From contig NC_043019.1 of the NCBI RefSeq assembly GCF_006345805.1, positions 24,241,360 to 24,305,359 of the forward strand: DNA of 64,000 bases, read 5' to 3'. The stretch comes from Octopus sinensis (lineage: Eukaryota). The notes beneath the pieces are model-generated. The model was not told the DNA's origin, searched no databases, and saw only the letters and a program-made list of their open reading frames with translations. This document shows, piece by piece, positions 53,255 to 64,000 of this stretch. A program made the translations under genes and the position numbers. Within the stretch, counting starts at the first letter, position 1. Every line of letters starts with the position of its first letter.

Positions 53255-53495
53255 AGAATATGACCAAAATTCTGCGTGTACTCCATCACATGCAGTTGTG
53301 GTAGGTTATACAAAGGCGAAACATGCCATCCCCTCAACATAACGGTAGACGAACATCGCAAATCGGTGACACGAGGAGATATTGATTATTCGAGTATAGC
53401 TGATCATGTATGGAAAAATGGAAACCACTTTCCCCTGTGGGATGAAGTTAAAATTATAGACAGAGAACACCACTGGAAAATAGGAAAACTAAAAG
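53255..53495 (+). mobile_element. Penelope-like GIY-YIG endonuclease fragment
   Basis: YSITCSCGRLYKGETCHPLNITVDEHRKSV...SSIADHVWKNGNHFPLWDEVKIIDRE. Confidence 0.7.
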
Positions 53496-53647
53496 CGGGC
53501 TTACTTCCTGCAGCCTACGGTACCATGCTATTCGTTCTTTTCAGCTATCTAATACTTTCCTGATTATTCTGGCCGTGCCAAGGAGGCATACCTTTTGTAA
53601 CAGTTCTACTGGGCACTCTATTCTAATTTCCCGTATATTCCTCTTAC

Positions 53648-53727
<80 letters not shown>

Positions 53728-53728
<1 letters not shown>

Positions 53729-56050
53729 TTATTTACTTACTTACTTACTTTTAATCTGCATGTTTGTTACACTCACACTTGCGGAGACACACCCAGTGCC
53801 CTAGGGCGTATGACTAAACTTGAGGAGAGGAAATGGCAGGGGCGGTAGCGAAATATCTTCATACATTTAAATTGGTGTTTTTTTGTTCCAAGGACGTGGG
53901 CAATGCTTGCCAGTACAATATTTTGGATTTCTCGGAGACATAGTTCTCCTGGGATGTTATCTATATGTGCCTGACTTCCATTTTTTATCATATTTAGGGC
54001 ACCTACAATAACAGGAACAGTTCTCATTTTAAGATGCCACATCTTTTGTGTTTCAATTTCCAAGTCCTTATGTTGATTTAATTTCTCAAATTATTTTACA
54101 GATATACTTTTATCTTTGGGAACACTTACAACTATTACTCTACAAGTATTTTCTGCCCTGTCCTTAATGACTATGCCTGGTCGATTAGCTTGGATCGTTC
54201 TGTCGGTGTTCACTGGAAAATCCCAGAGGATAGTGACATTTTTACCTTCAACAGCCGGCTCAGTATGATGTTCATACCAATAAGCAGGAGAGCTTATTTT
54301 GTAGTGTTTACATATTTTCTAATGAAAATACTGTCCTACTCTATCGTGGTGATTTTTGTATTCGTTTGGTGTCAGCACAGGGCATCTCCAGAAGAAGAGA
54401 TGGTCTATTATTTGGTTAAATGTATTGCAGAATCTGCATTTGGGGTCAGAACCGTTTTGAAGAACGTTGGACTGGTAGTTTCTGGTAAGCAAGCTTTGAT
54501 CTTGTGACGCCAATATGAAACTTTCAGTCTCTGCTTTCAGCCCAGAACTTCTCAGTAGCTTGGTCGTTGCTTGGTCTACATCAGCATTTCGATTTCGATT
54601 TCGAAATACATACTGTCCATGCAGAGGCTTCTTGCTCCACTGCTTCTCAATTTGTTTCTGCCCTTTCTCTTTTTTCAGTCTGCTTGATCCAGGCTGTTAA
54701 TGACTTCAATGCGACTTTTGGAGTTGAGTTCAGTTTTTGATATGAGACGTATTCTCCTGTAATACTCCCTTTTTATATTTACTTTCATAATAGCATGTTG
54801 TATACAATATCCTTTGCTTATCCCCAGGCATTCATAACTCTCTTGTTGGTCAAGCTCCTTGATGGTAGCGATGGTATCTAATTTAATGGAAGCTGTTTGC
54901 CTGAATTTGCCTCGTTCAAAAGTTACTTCAGCAAACTTATCAAGGCCAAAATCCATCCCGATGTCATTGCTGAACTCTTTAATAGTTGTTAACAACCCTA
55001 CTAGCGCTTTGTCATTTTTAGCAAGCTGCCTCAGATCTTCCATATAAAACAGATGGTTTATTGCCGTAGTATAAACACTGAAACTATAGCTGGTGTTATT
55101 CAGTTTGTTTAGGAGTGAGATCAGTAGCATGCAAAAGATTAATGGGGAGAAGGAGTCACTTTGAAAGATGCCTCGTTTGATGTTGATGTTTTTAGATTTG
55201 TTCATCCTATTACTATGGTTTAGGAGACGTGTGTTTCACTTGGCCATGTTACCTTGTAAAGATCTGGAGACGACAGGAGAGATCTTATATATCTAAATGG
55301 TCTTGAGTAGCCAATTATGTGGATCACTATCAAACGCTTTCCTGTAGTCTGTCCATTCCATACTTAGGTTTTTCGCTTTGCTCCGGCAATTCTCTACAAT
55401 CATTTTGTCTATGGGAAATTGATGTTTGCACCCATAAGAATTCATTTTACAGCTTCTTTGAGCTTGTGGAAGGATAGACACTGTTCGAGGAAAGCATATA
55501 GTCTTTCACTTAGTATGGATGTGAAGATCTTGTCGGTGGTGATGAGACATGTTATTGCTGGGCAGTTCTTTGGATTTGTTGGTGTCTTCAGTTTTTGTTT
55601 CTTCAGGTATTTGTTCTGGGTTCTAGAGGGCGTCTGCTAGAGATGCAGTGAAATGTTTGTGTGCTTCTTACAAACAATTCAGCCAGAAGTTGGAAATCCG
55701 GTCGTCCTGGGGTTTTCCATTTATGAAATTTCCTAAGAACACATCTTATCTCTTCTATTTCTATTGCCTCCCATTTCTGCTATTCAACTTCATCCAGTCT
55801 CACTTTCTCACGTTCGATCCAACGAGCTTCAGCATTATATTCTTTTTTGTTGCTCCATATCTTCTTCCAGAACTCTTCCATTTCCTCAGTCTTGGGTATC
55901 TCCTTTACTTCTATCTTACTTTTGCCAGTTTCTTTATAACATTTCTTTGCATCCGTCTTGAATACCTTGTTTTGTCGATAAAATTCGATTCTTTTACCAT
56001 ACCATCTAAGCCGTTTAGCTTTCAGCTGTATTTGTTATTTCAATAGTTCC
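53728..56050 (-). mobile_element. R4/Dong-clade LINE (RT, zinc knuckle, restriction-like endonuclease), decayed, 3' end abutting (TAA)n
   Basis: RGIFQSDSFSPLIFCM, INHLFYMEDL, CRFCNTFNQIIDHL, EIETQKMWHLKMRTVPVIVGAL; (TTA)n at about 53649-53727. Confidence 0.85.
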
Positions 56051-57084
56051 TTGGTTGCAGGGAGGTTTCTAAAAGTTTTGATTTTATATTTTCGCTTGAT
56101 TTATTTCGTCTTAACATATTTCGTCTTAACATTTACTCCACTAGAAAGTTCATCGAGAACTGATACATCCGCACACAGAGATTCTATCTCTATTTTTTAT
56201 CGCTACTTTCCAGTTAGGCGATCTATTGACACTTTTCTATAGCTCGTCCCTTGGATAGATCTGTAGTCTTCGATGAAACGTTGACCGAAGCATACTTCCT
56301 AGAACCTAGAACGTTATCGGACACTTACAGCCCTCTGCCAATCAGGCAATGCAATTGATGGAAGTTCCACTTAGTGGTGGAAAGATCGATAACTTTGGTA
56401 AGCAGTCTCTAAGCATCGAGAAAAATCTACATGTCGGTCTACTCCAGAATACAATTTACATAAATCTTTGGCCTGAAGGTGTTAACAAGGACGTGTGCAT
56501 GTTTGTGTAAGATCAATAGGTATGGGAGTGCCATAATTCAAGCCAGCTCAAGATGGGCGCAGAGCGGCGAAACTGTTCCGCATTTACCAGTGACCGAGTA
56601 TTGAGCATTTGTGGAGTTCTGTTGGAATGTTGCTGTGAAATGTAGGCCAAATCTGTCTATCAGCTAGGCCCAAGTGAGCATGCACCTTGAGCATGCACCT
56701 TTTGCATTTAGAAGTAGCTTAATGAGAGGGTGATTACCCTAGTGAACAAGGTGGCCAATTTTCGTTTTATTTTTTTTTTTTTTGTAGGATTTACAAAGGT
56801 TGAAAACTAATTTGCAACCTTTCGGGAAATTATTTCTTGCTTGATTTTTTTGTTTCTTTGTTTCTGTTATTTTACTTTTACACGCTTTTATATAACTCCA
56901 CATTTTATTATATTGTATCATCCCGCCCCTTCCTAGATCTTTTTGGAAAACCTGTGTAATAAGAGGTTTCCTTGTTCAGTCCCAAGACAAGCCTTGGGCA
57001 AAGGTTTTCAACTATAGCCTCGACCAAAGCCTTGTCAGTGGATTTGGTATACAGAAACTGAAAGAAGCCTGTTATACATACACA

Positions 57085-58618
57085 CAGAACCACGCTTATA
57101 GCTTAAGAGAGAAATTTAGGATTTCTCGGTTTTCTGTGAATTGATTTTGATAAAACTTTTCCCAGCTGGTTTGCACACTATGGCAACACCATTGTTATGT
57201 TTTAATTATTCTGTGCAACGTCCTTTCTTTTTTATTTCAGATTCTTCAGTTTTTCGGTGAACTGCGCTAATAGCTTCTGAATGAAAATAATCCATCTACG
57301 CATTTTTTTCCAGAAAATGAATGGTAATGATGGATATTAAACATACATTGAGTATATATCTAACAGAAAACCATAATAATATTGTAACATTTATTGACAT
57401 AGTGAATTATTTAGATCCATGAGCGCCAAAGAAGAAACCATCCGACTGTGGGACCTCCAAAACTGTGACACCTAGGAAGTTAAGGAATATTGGCCGCAAG
57501 TTACGTGGAAAACCTGGAAAACCAGCAAAGCCATTTTCACCGCCCCCGGACATTCTCGTGTACCGAAAACCACCAGAAATTGCATCATCGGGACCATGGC
57601 TTTCGTGTGAGAACCCCTGAAACTGCCTCCTCACAGGAGTTCGAAGCTTCAATGGGCCCCAAAGTACATGACATTAAACATGAATTGTGTTCTGTTCACT
57701 GACGAAACCAGGGCTACCCTTGACCAACCTGACGGTTGGGTAAAAGGTTGGGTCTATTTTGGAGATGAGCGTCAACAACAGCGTGGAGGAGTCATGTTGT
57801 GGACAGGTATCATTGGGGACAGACTTGTTCGCCAAGTCAGGGTGCCTGAATAGATTAAAGTGAACGCAGCCGCCTACTGCAGTCTTCTGAAGGAGGTCTT
57901 GTATCTCTGGCAGAATATACTGCTGCCACTTCTAAGTAATCTCATATTCATGCATAACAACACTCCCGCCCACTCTGCTAGGACCACCCAAAATTTCCTA
58001 GGGTCTTACGGCATATAAGGTGAAAGGTTAATGGTGTGGCCGCTAGCATCTCTGGATCTGAACCCTATCGAAAATCTCTGGTCCATTATTAAACAAGATG
58101 TTTATCCCGATGGACGCCAATTTACGTAGAAAGATGCCTGGTGGGCGACCATCAAAGCTGCAGCAGACGCAGTCCAACCTGCTACTATTAAAAAATTGAC
58201 AAATTCCATCAATAATAGGCTTTTTGAAGTTATCCGTCGAAATGGCGCTCATGTGCCTAAGTAATTCATTATGTCAATAAATGTTATAATATTATTATGG
58301 CTTTAATTAGATATATAAAAAAAAATGCACATCAACCTGATCACATCAATGGAAAATGCTTAATATATGTCATTACCATTCATTTTCTGGAAAAAACAAA
58401 AGACTAGATGGGTTATTTTCATCCAGAAGCTATTAGCGTGGTTGACCCCAAAACTGAAGAATCTGAAATAAAAATGAAAGGACGTTACACAGAATAATAA
58501 AAACATAACAATGGTGTTTCCATAGTGTGCAAACCAGCTGGAAAAAGTTTTATCAAAATCAGTTCACAGAAAACTGAGAAACCCTAAATTTCGCTCCTAA
58601 GTTATTAGCGTGGTTCTG
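57085..58618 (+). mobile_element. Tc1-related DD37E (TRT-like) transposon with ~250-bp inverted repeats containing direct repeats
   Basis: VLFTDETRATLDQPDGW; MH(D>N)NTPAHSARTTQNFLGSYGI*GERLMVWPLASLDLNPIE gives 37 positions. IRs about 57085-57340 and 58365-58618; internal direct repeat agctattagcgtggtt / agttattagcgtggtt. Confidence 0.88.
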
Positions 58619-59183
58619 GGTAAGTATGTATGTATGTATGTATGTATGTATGTATGTATGTATGTATGTATGTACTAGATATCAGCTTTCGGATGATGGG
58701 CTCCATACATCGTCAACAATTTCCAAGTTTTTTCTGTCCAGTCGTTTTTATATCGTTTTAGGACCAGTCTATAATTCCCACTCCATATCTGATTAAGGAT
58801 ACTTGTTTCAATAAGATTTTTGGAATTCAGCTTTGACTGCAATCATTTTCTTACAGTCCTTGTGTAATCCTTACTGGTAATTTGTTTCATTTCTTCATTT
58901 ATTAATTTACTATCATTATTTTCATATACAAACAACAGTTTACATTGTTGGAAAAGGAAAAATCCTAACATCGGGCTACAAGTAATTTTAGATACCAAGG
59001 ACCCTCCCAAGTATCGTAGCTGTCCCTAATAACACTATTTTCTGAAGCTGTATTAAACTGGGTTTTATGTCTATATCCTCTATACATCTGTTCAGATCTT
59101 TAGGGACTTATAACTACTGGGATACATTTTACCTGCACTATCCATACTCGCTATAATTCAATGGTTACATCCTGGTACTTTGC

Positions 59184-59246
<63 letters not shown>

Positions 59247-59247
<1 letters not shown>

Positions 59248-60180
59248 GTACTTTTAATCTGCATGTTTGTTACAATCACACTTACCGAGACACACCCAGC
59301 GCCCTAGGGCAAGAGAAGGAAGAGAGATGTTGCAGTATGACTGAAAGCTTGGAGAGGGAAAGTAGCAGGGGCACTAGCGAAATAATTTCATGTAGGAGAC
59401 ACAAGAATGGCTTATAGGCGCAGGAGTGGCTGTGTGGTAAGTAGCTTCCTTACTAGCCACAAGGTTCCGGGTTCAGTCCCACTGCACGGAAGCTAGGGCA
59501 AGTGTCTTCTACTATAGCCACAGGCCGATCAAAGCCTTGTGAGTGAATTTGGTAGACGGAAACTGTAAGAAACCCGTCGTATATATATATGTGTGTGTGT
59601 GTGTTTGTGTGTATGTATGTATGTATGTGTGTATGTGTGTGTGTGTGTATGTGTATTTGTATATCTGCGTTTGTCCCCCACCATAGCTTGACAACCGATT
59701 CTAGTGTGTTTAGGTCGCCGTAATTTAGCGAGTCGGCAAAAGAAGCCGATAGAATAAGTACTAGGCTTATAAAGAATAACCCTGGGGTCGATTTGTTCGA
59801 CTAAAGGTGTTGCTCCAGCATGGCTGAAATCAAATCACTGAAACAAATAAAAGAATAATACAACACAGACATTCAAATTGGTAGGTTTTTTCTAAGGATG
59901 TCAGCAGTATTTGTCAGTACAATCTCTTTGATTTCTCTGAGACATGGTTCTCCTGGGTTGTTATCTGTATGTTTCTGACATCCCTTTTTTATCATACCAA
60001 GGTGACCTAAAGCGAGAACAGCAACAGTTCTCGATTTAAGATGCCACGTCTCTTCTATTTCAATTTCCAGGTCCGCATATTTACCTAATTTGTCAAATTC
60101 CTTTACAGATATATTTTTATCAGTTGAAACACTTACATCTATTAGTCTACAAGTATTTTTTCATTGTCCTTGATGACAGT
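59247..60180 (-). mobile_element. R4/Dong-clade 3' fragment abutting (TAA)n, interrupted by a SINE
   Basis: Same 3' end as at 53728 (cttttaatctgcatgtttgttaca..cacactt...gagacacacccag.gccctaggg); (TTA)n at 59187-59246. Confidence 0.8.
59416..59860 (+). mobile_element. Full-length family C SINE
   Basis: tRNA-like head aggcgcaggagtggctgtgtggtaagtagc...ggttcagtccc, CORE-like block, (TG) microsatellite, 3' tail ggtgttgctccagcatggc...tgaaac and A-rich end. Confidence 0.88.
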
Positions 60181-60711
60181 GTATAGATGCACCATCTTCA
60201 ACAGCAAAAAGAACAATAATAACGGGCACATACAATACTCAGAGGATTTCCCAATCCCCACCTCTATCTATCTCATCTTAACCCATACATGGACCCGCTC
60301 CCCGATTCCAAAGACATGGATAGATCTGCGCCACGCAGTGAAATTGAGGTGGAACTCCCCCAGTAAAAAAAGAAACAAACAAAATAAAAGGCAATGAAAC
60401 ATCATGCCCCATACCAACATACACGAAAACCTATAGAAAAAACACCCATAATAGCGACAGACAGACCAACCCCTCAAGAAAGACAGTCGTCAACACATCT
60501 ACCATCAACACAACCAACTCCCTTTGTTTCTTCTCCAAACCATTTCCGATCATCATGGTGGGTTTAAGACTAGGTTGAATATATTTTTGATATATGCTTA
60601 TTTCTGAACTGATTCCCATTGATCAATGTAGAGGCCACCTGTTTGTGTGTTCTGTATTTCTTTTGGGGTTGTTCTTGATATCTTGGACCTTTGTGGCCAC
60701 TCTGGGAAAAT

Positions 60712-60845
60712 GGGTTCGCGGCATTTCCTCTGGTTTTATATTCTGAGTTAAAATTCCCCCGAGGTCGACACTGCCTTTAATTTTTTTTAGCTCAATGAAG
60801 TAAGTAACAGCTGAGCACTAGAGTCGATGTTATCAATTTTGCCCC
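60712..60845 (+). mobile_element. Degenerate family M SINE fragment
   Basis: ttctgagttaaaattcccccgaggtcgacactgcc...gagtcgatgttatc. Confidence 0.55.
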
Positions 60846-62344
60846 TCTCTCATGATTTCAGATGTTTTGCCTATAGTAGAAAGCATTATTATAAGTATTG
60901 ACAGTGACGCAAAAGACACGCTCTATCTCTCTGTAAAATCTTGAATTGATTTAGTTTGCACTCTAATTTTGATGTGTTACCGTTAAAATATATTGTCATC
61001 AATACAGAGAAGCCAATCTACTTTTGTGTAGTGAATTTTCCTATTTTACTCAATTCCCCAGTCGGAGGATCTATTTTTCTTAAATATTGTGTTTACAAAA
61101 TTGTTAGCTTTCTTCCAAAAGCAGGGAAGAAATGATAATACTTATTGGTGAAAGATATAACAGAGAGAGAGAGAGAGAGAGAACGAGAGAGAGAGAGAGA
61201 ATGAAGAAAATTTAATTTAACGGACTGACAAAAAGTGATTGACTGAGGGAGGGAGAGTGGGAGAGGGAGAGATGTGCAAAAATGAAGATGTCAAGCGTCT
61301 AATTGACATCACAATTGCAATCATGTCGATACCAGACTACGTCAGAAAAAAATAAGAAAAATATGCGTGCCGTGTATTTCAAATCAGCTCATAGATACTC
61401 AAGAAAAATAACTGAACACTGATGGTGACATTGAAAAACAATAACAAAACCAGCAGTAAAAATTCGTTTGCTTCTATGATCAGCAGTGAAGAATACGTAA
61501 GAAATATAAACGCGATAGTAAGCGTCTAAAATTTATGAAATTTCCATATATTAAGATACATAGCACCCAGATAAAGAATATTGTTTATAAGTGCATGAAC
61601 AGAAAACAATGAAAACTACACCATGCCAATCGAGCACAAATGGGAAAAAGAGCCTGTTGGAAATTAAGTCTATAGAAAGATACCTAACAAGACAGAATAC
61701 TAGCAACTTGTAACAGTGAAGCCAAAACCGTGACTGAGGCTACTACCATCAGTACATCTCAAGAGTTTATCATGACCCCAGTATACTTGCTAAGACGGAT
61801 AGCGAAAATGCAATCAAAATGTTGTTTCACGGGAACCAGAGCGGAATGATGGCCATTGTGGAGTCGCGCATGGAGTACAAAAATCTACACCTGAGGTTCC
61901 AAGTGTTGGTTGCAGCTGAGGTCTTCGTTGACATCTCGGGGCATTTTCAGTTCGAAGAGTGAGAGCAAATAGAAGTTTAGTGAAAGCGAAACTTCTTCAT
62001 ATGTAACAGTTTTCCTATGTTTTGAGGGAGCACATTAAAAATCGGTGCTGCTAACACCTATGCTTTCACGGTAAAACTAACTGATTAAGTGGTAACAAAA
62101 CAAAAAGTGAGAGGACTTGCCTTTCTTCGCACTCCTGCTCATGCATGTACGATTCTTGCAGGGTTCTGTTTGGTTATAACAATTAATGACTGACGAGATC
62201 GGCATTGATTTTCTAGGTCGTTCAGTTTTTTTCAGTTGATCAATGGGCCAATAGAGTAAACCTATCAATAACGAACCTATAATGACGACTGGAAACAGCA
62301 ATAAGCTGACAAAAAATGTAATGACTGTTATTTAAGTCTCGCCT

Positions 62345-62376
<32 letters not shown>

Positions 62377-62860
62377 TGTATGTATGTATGTATGTGTGTG
62401 TGCGTGTGCGTGTGTGTGTGTGAGTGTGTGTGATTTATACTGCGTGGATACTACTGCCCCACGTAGCCACGACAGACAGGAAGGTTGCGGCCGAAGCCGA
62501 AACTTTGAGTCTACGGAACACAGAGACAATATATATCACAATAATATATATCACAATATATATCACAATAAGATGTCAAAATACAGGGAAATGGTTACAG
62601 AACTAAATAGCTGCGAACTTGGAGAGCTATGTTGCGTGGAAACAATTATAGTGATTATAAATAAATGTTCCTCTGTCTGTACTCTTTCTTGTTGGCTTAT
62701 TCAACTTATTCAATTACATATACGAACCCAAAGATCCACACGTAAACATACATACATATATACACACACACTTTTATAAGTGCACACACATATATACATA
62801 TGTATGTATGTATGTACGTATATATGTAAATGTATATATGTAAATGTACATATATGCGTG

Positions 62861-62924
<64 letters not shown>

Positions 62925-62964
62925 TTATGTATGTATGCATGTATGTATATATATATATATACGT

Positions 62965-63041
<77 letters not shown>

Positions 63042-63149
63042 TATATAATTGATAATATCAAGGGTAATAAGAAATATTAGAAATTTCTACTACCAGTGCC
63101 CTAGCGTGTAAAGATTTAGTCAATAGACTATATATTATTCATATAAATA

Positions 63150-63374
63150 CAGTGTACGTTTAAACACATAAGAGACATCCATCATAGGACTTCTTGCACG
63201 CTAGAAAGTACAGTTAAAATAAGTCTGAAACCATGGTCCAGGAGTTACATGGTAAATGTTTTTATTTTTGATTCACTTCGAAGTTTTATCCCTAATAGTG
63301 GTTTGGAATTTAACTGTACTTTCTGGCGTGCAAGGAGTCCTATAATGGATGCCACTTATGTGTTTAAATGTACA

Positions 63375-63377
<3 letters not shown>
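63150..63377. mobile_element. Tc1/mariner-derived MITE, ~70-bp TIRs, TA flanks
   Basis: ta|cagtgtacgtttaaacacataag...gtacagttaaa and tttaactgtac...cttatgtgtttaaatgtacactg|ta; 6 mismatches in 72 nt; (TA)n follows. Confidence 0.88.
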
Positions 63378-63451
<74 letters not shown>

Positions 63452-63464
63452 AAATTTACAGTAA

Positions 63465-63600
63465 AACAAAAGACGAAGACAAGTGTATGAACACCAAACA
63501 GGTGTATTAGTTTGACACTCGGGAACGTGAGAAAGTCTTTACATTTAGAGCCTATGCTCTTCAATAGAAAGGAATAAGAGAAAATAAACAGAGGAAGAAT
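63465..63600 (-). mobile_element. Penelope-like terminal repeat fragment with a degenerate hammerhead-like motif
   Basis: Reverse complement ctattga-a-gagc-atag-gctc-taaa-tgt...gtgtc has the same layout as 37267-37316 but a mutated core. Confidence 0.4.
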
Positions 63601-63705
63601 AAAAATTCTTGCGGATTTAGCGATCAAGCAGGGTGATATTTATATGTATATGTGTGTGTTTGCGTGTGTGCGTGCGTGTATCTGTGTGAATACGTATGTT
63701 CCCTT

Positions 63706-64000
63706 TCTGAGGTAACTCAAATCCTAAGTGGCATTCTCCAAAGAACTGTGCTGGGGCCATTACTGTTCATAATAGCCGCCTTAGACATGCCCACGGTCAC
63801 TCGGGCAGCCGCTTTCACTAGCTATACCGATGACAGAAAATTATCACAGGAAATACAAAAATCAAAATAACGTAAAAAGCTTACAGCGGACCTGAATTCA
63901 ATATACAAGTGGGCGGAATTAAACAACATGCAGTTGAATGCTGGAAATTTTCAACCACTGCACTATCAACTTACGAATGTACTACAACCTGCATATACAA
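63706..64000 (+). mobile_element. CR1/L2-group LINE fragment E, running off the window
   Basis: ILSGILQRTVLGPLLFIIAALDMP...TSYTDD, then WAELNNMQLNAGNFQ; preceded by a (TG)-rich run. Confidence 0.8.

Noticed and set aside
61141-61500. Unique sequence with TAATTG and purine-rich motifs, possible Wnt1 enhancer
   Set aside because: Short motifs occur by chance in AT-rich DNA; needs cross-species alignment or chromatin data.
46506-64000. Search for Wnt1 exon 4 (CKCHGxSGSC)
   Set aside because: No such motif found in the + frames I read; presumably beyond the window, so not annotated.

Overview
AT-rich eukaryotic genomic DNA, dense in microsatellites and transposons. The SINE repertoire and (TA)n/(CA)n/(TAA)n load suggest an octopod cephalopod (inference, not verified). 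The only host gene recognised is Wnt1 (wingless) on the + strand: two internal coding exons (11161-11414 and 46219-46505) with canonical splice sites and compatible phases, separated by a 34,804-nt intron. I could not find exon 1 or exon 4 in the window. The rest is mostly mobile-element material: six copies or fragments of a CR1/L2-group LINE (one with a nearly intact ORF2), Tx1-type and R4/Dong-type LINE fragments, four Tc1/mariner-type elements (mariner, DD37D, DD36E, DD37E), a Helitron remnant, a foldback element, two MITEs, Penelope-like fragments with hammerhead-like motifs, and several modular tRNA-derived SINE families. Main points for follow-up: (1) element classes appear sorted by microsatellite type: (TA)n, (TAA)n, (TCTA)n; (2) a ~2.5-kb inverted LINE pair inside the Wnt1 intron places the single in-frame TGA of the near-intact ORF2 opposite a C; (3) a SINE and the LINE share a 3' stem-loop tail; (4) a pre-miRNA-like hairpin; (5) an unclassified (TAA)n-embedded element. 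All identities, alignments and folds were judged by eye; no database search was possible, and the many short repeat-derived ORFs in the track are not genes.
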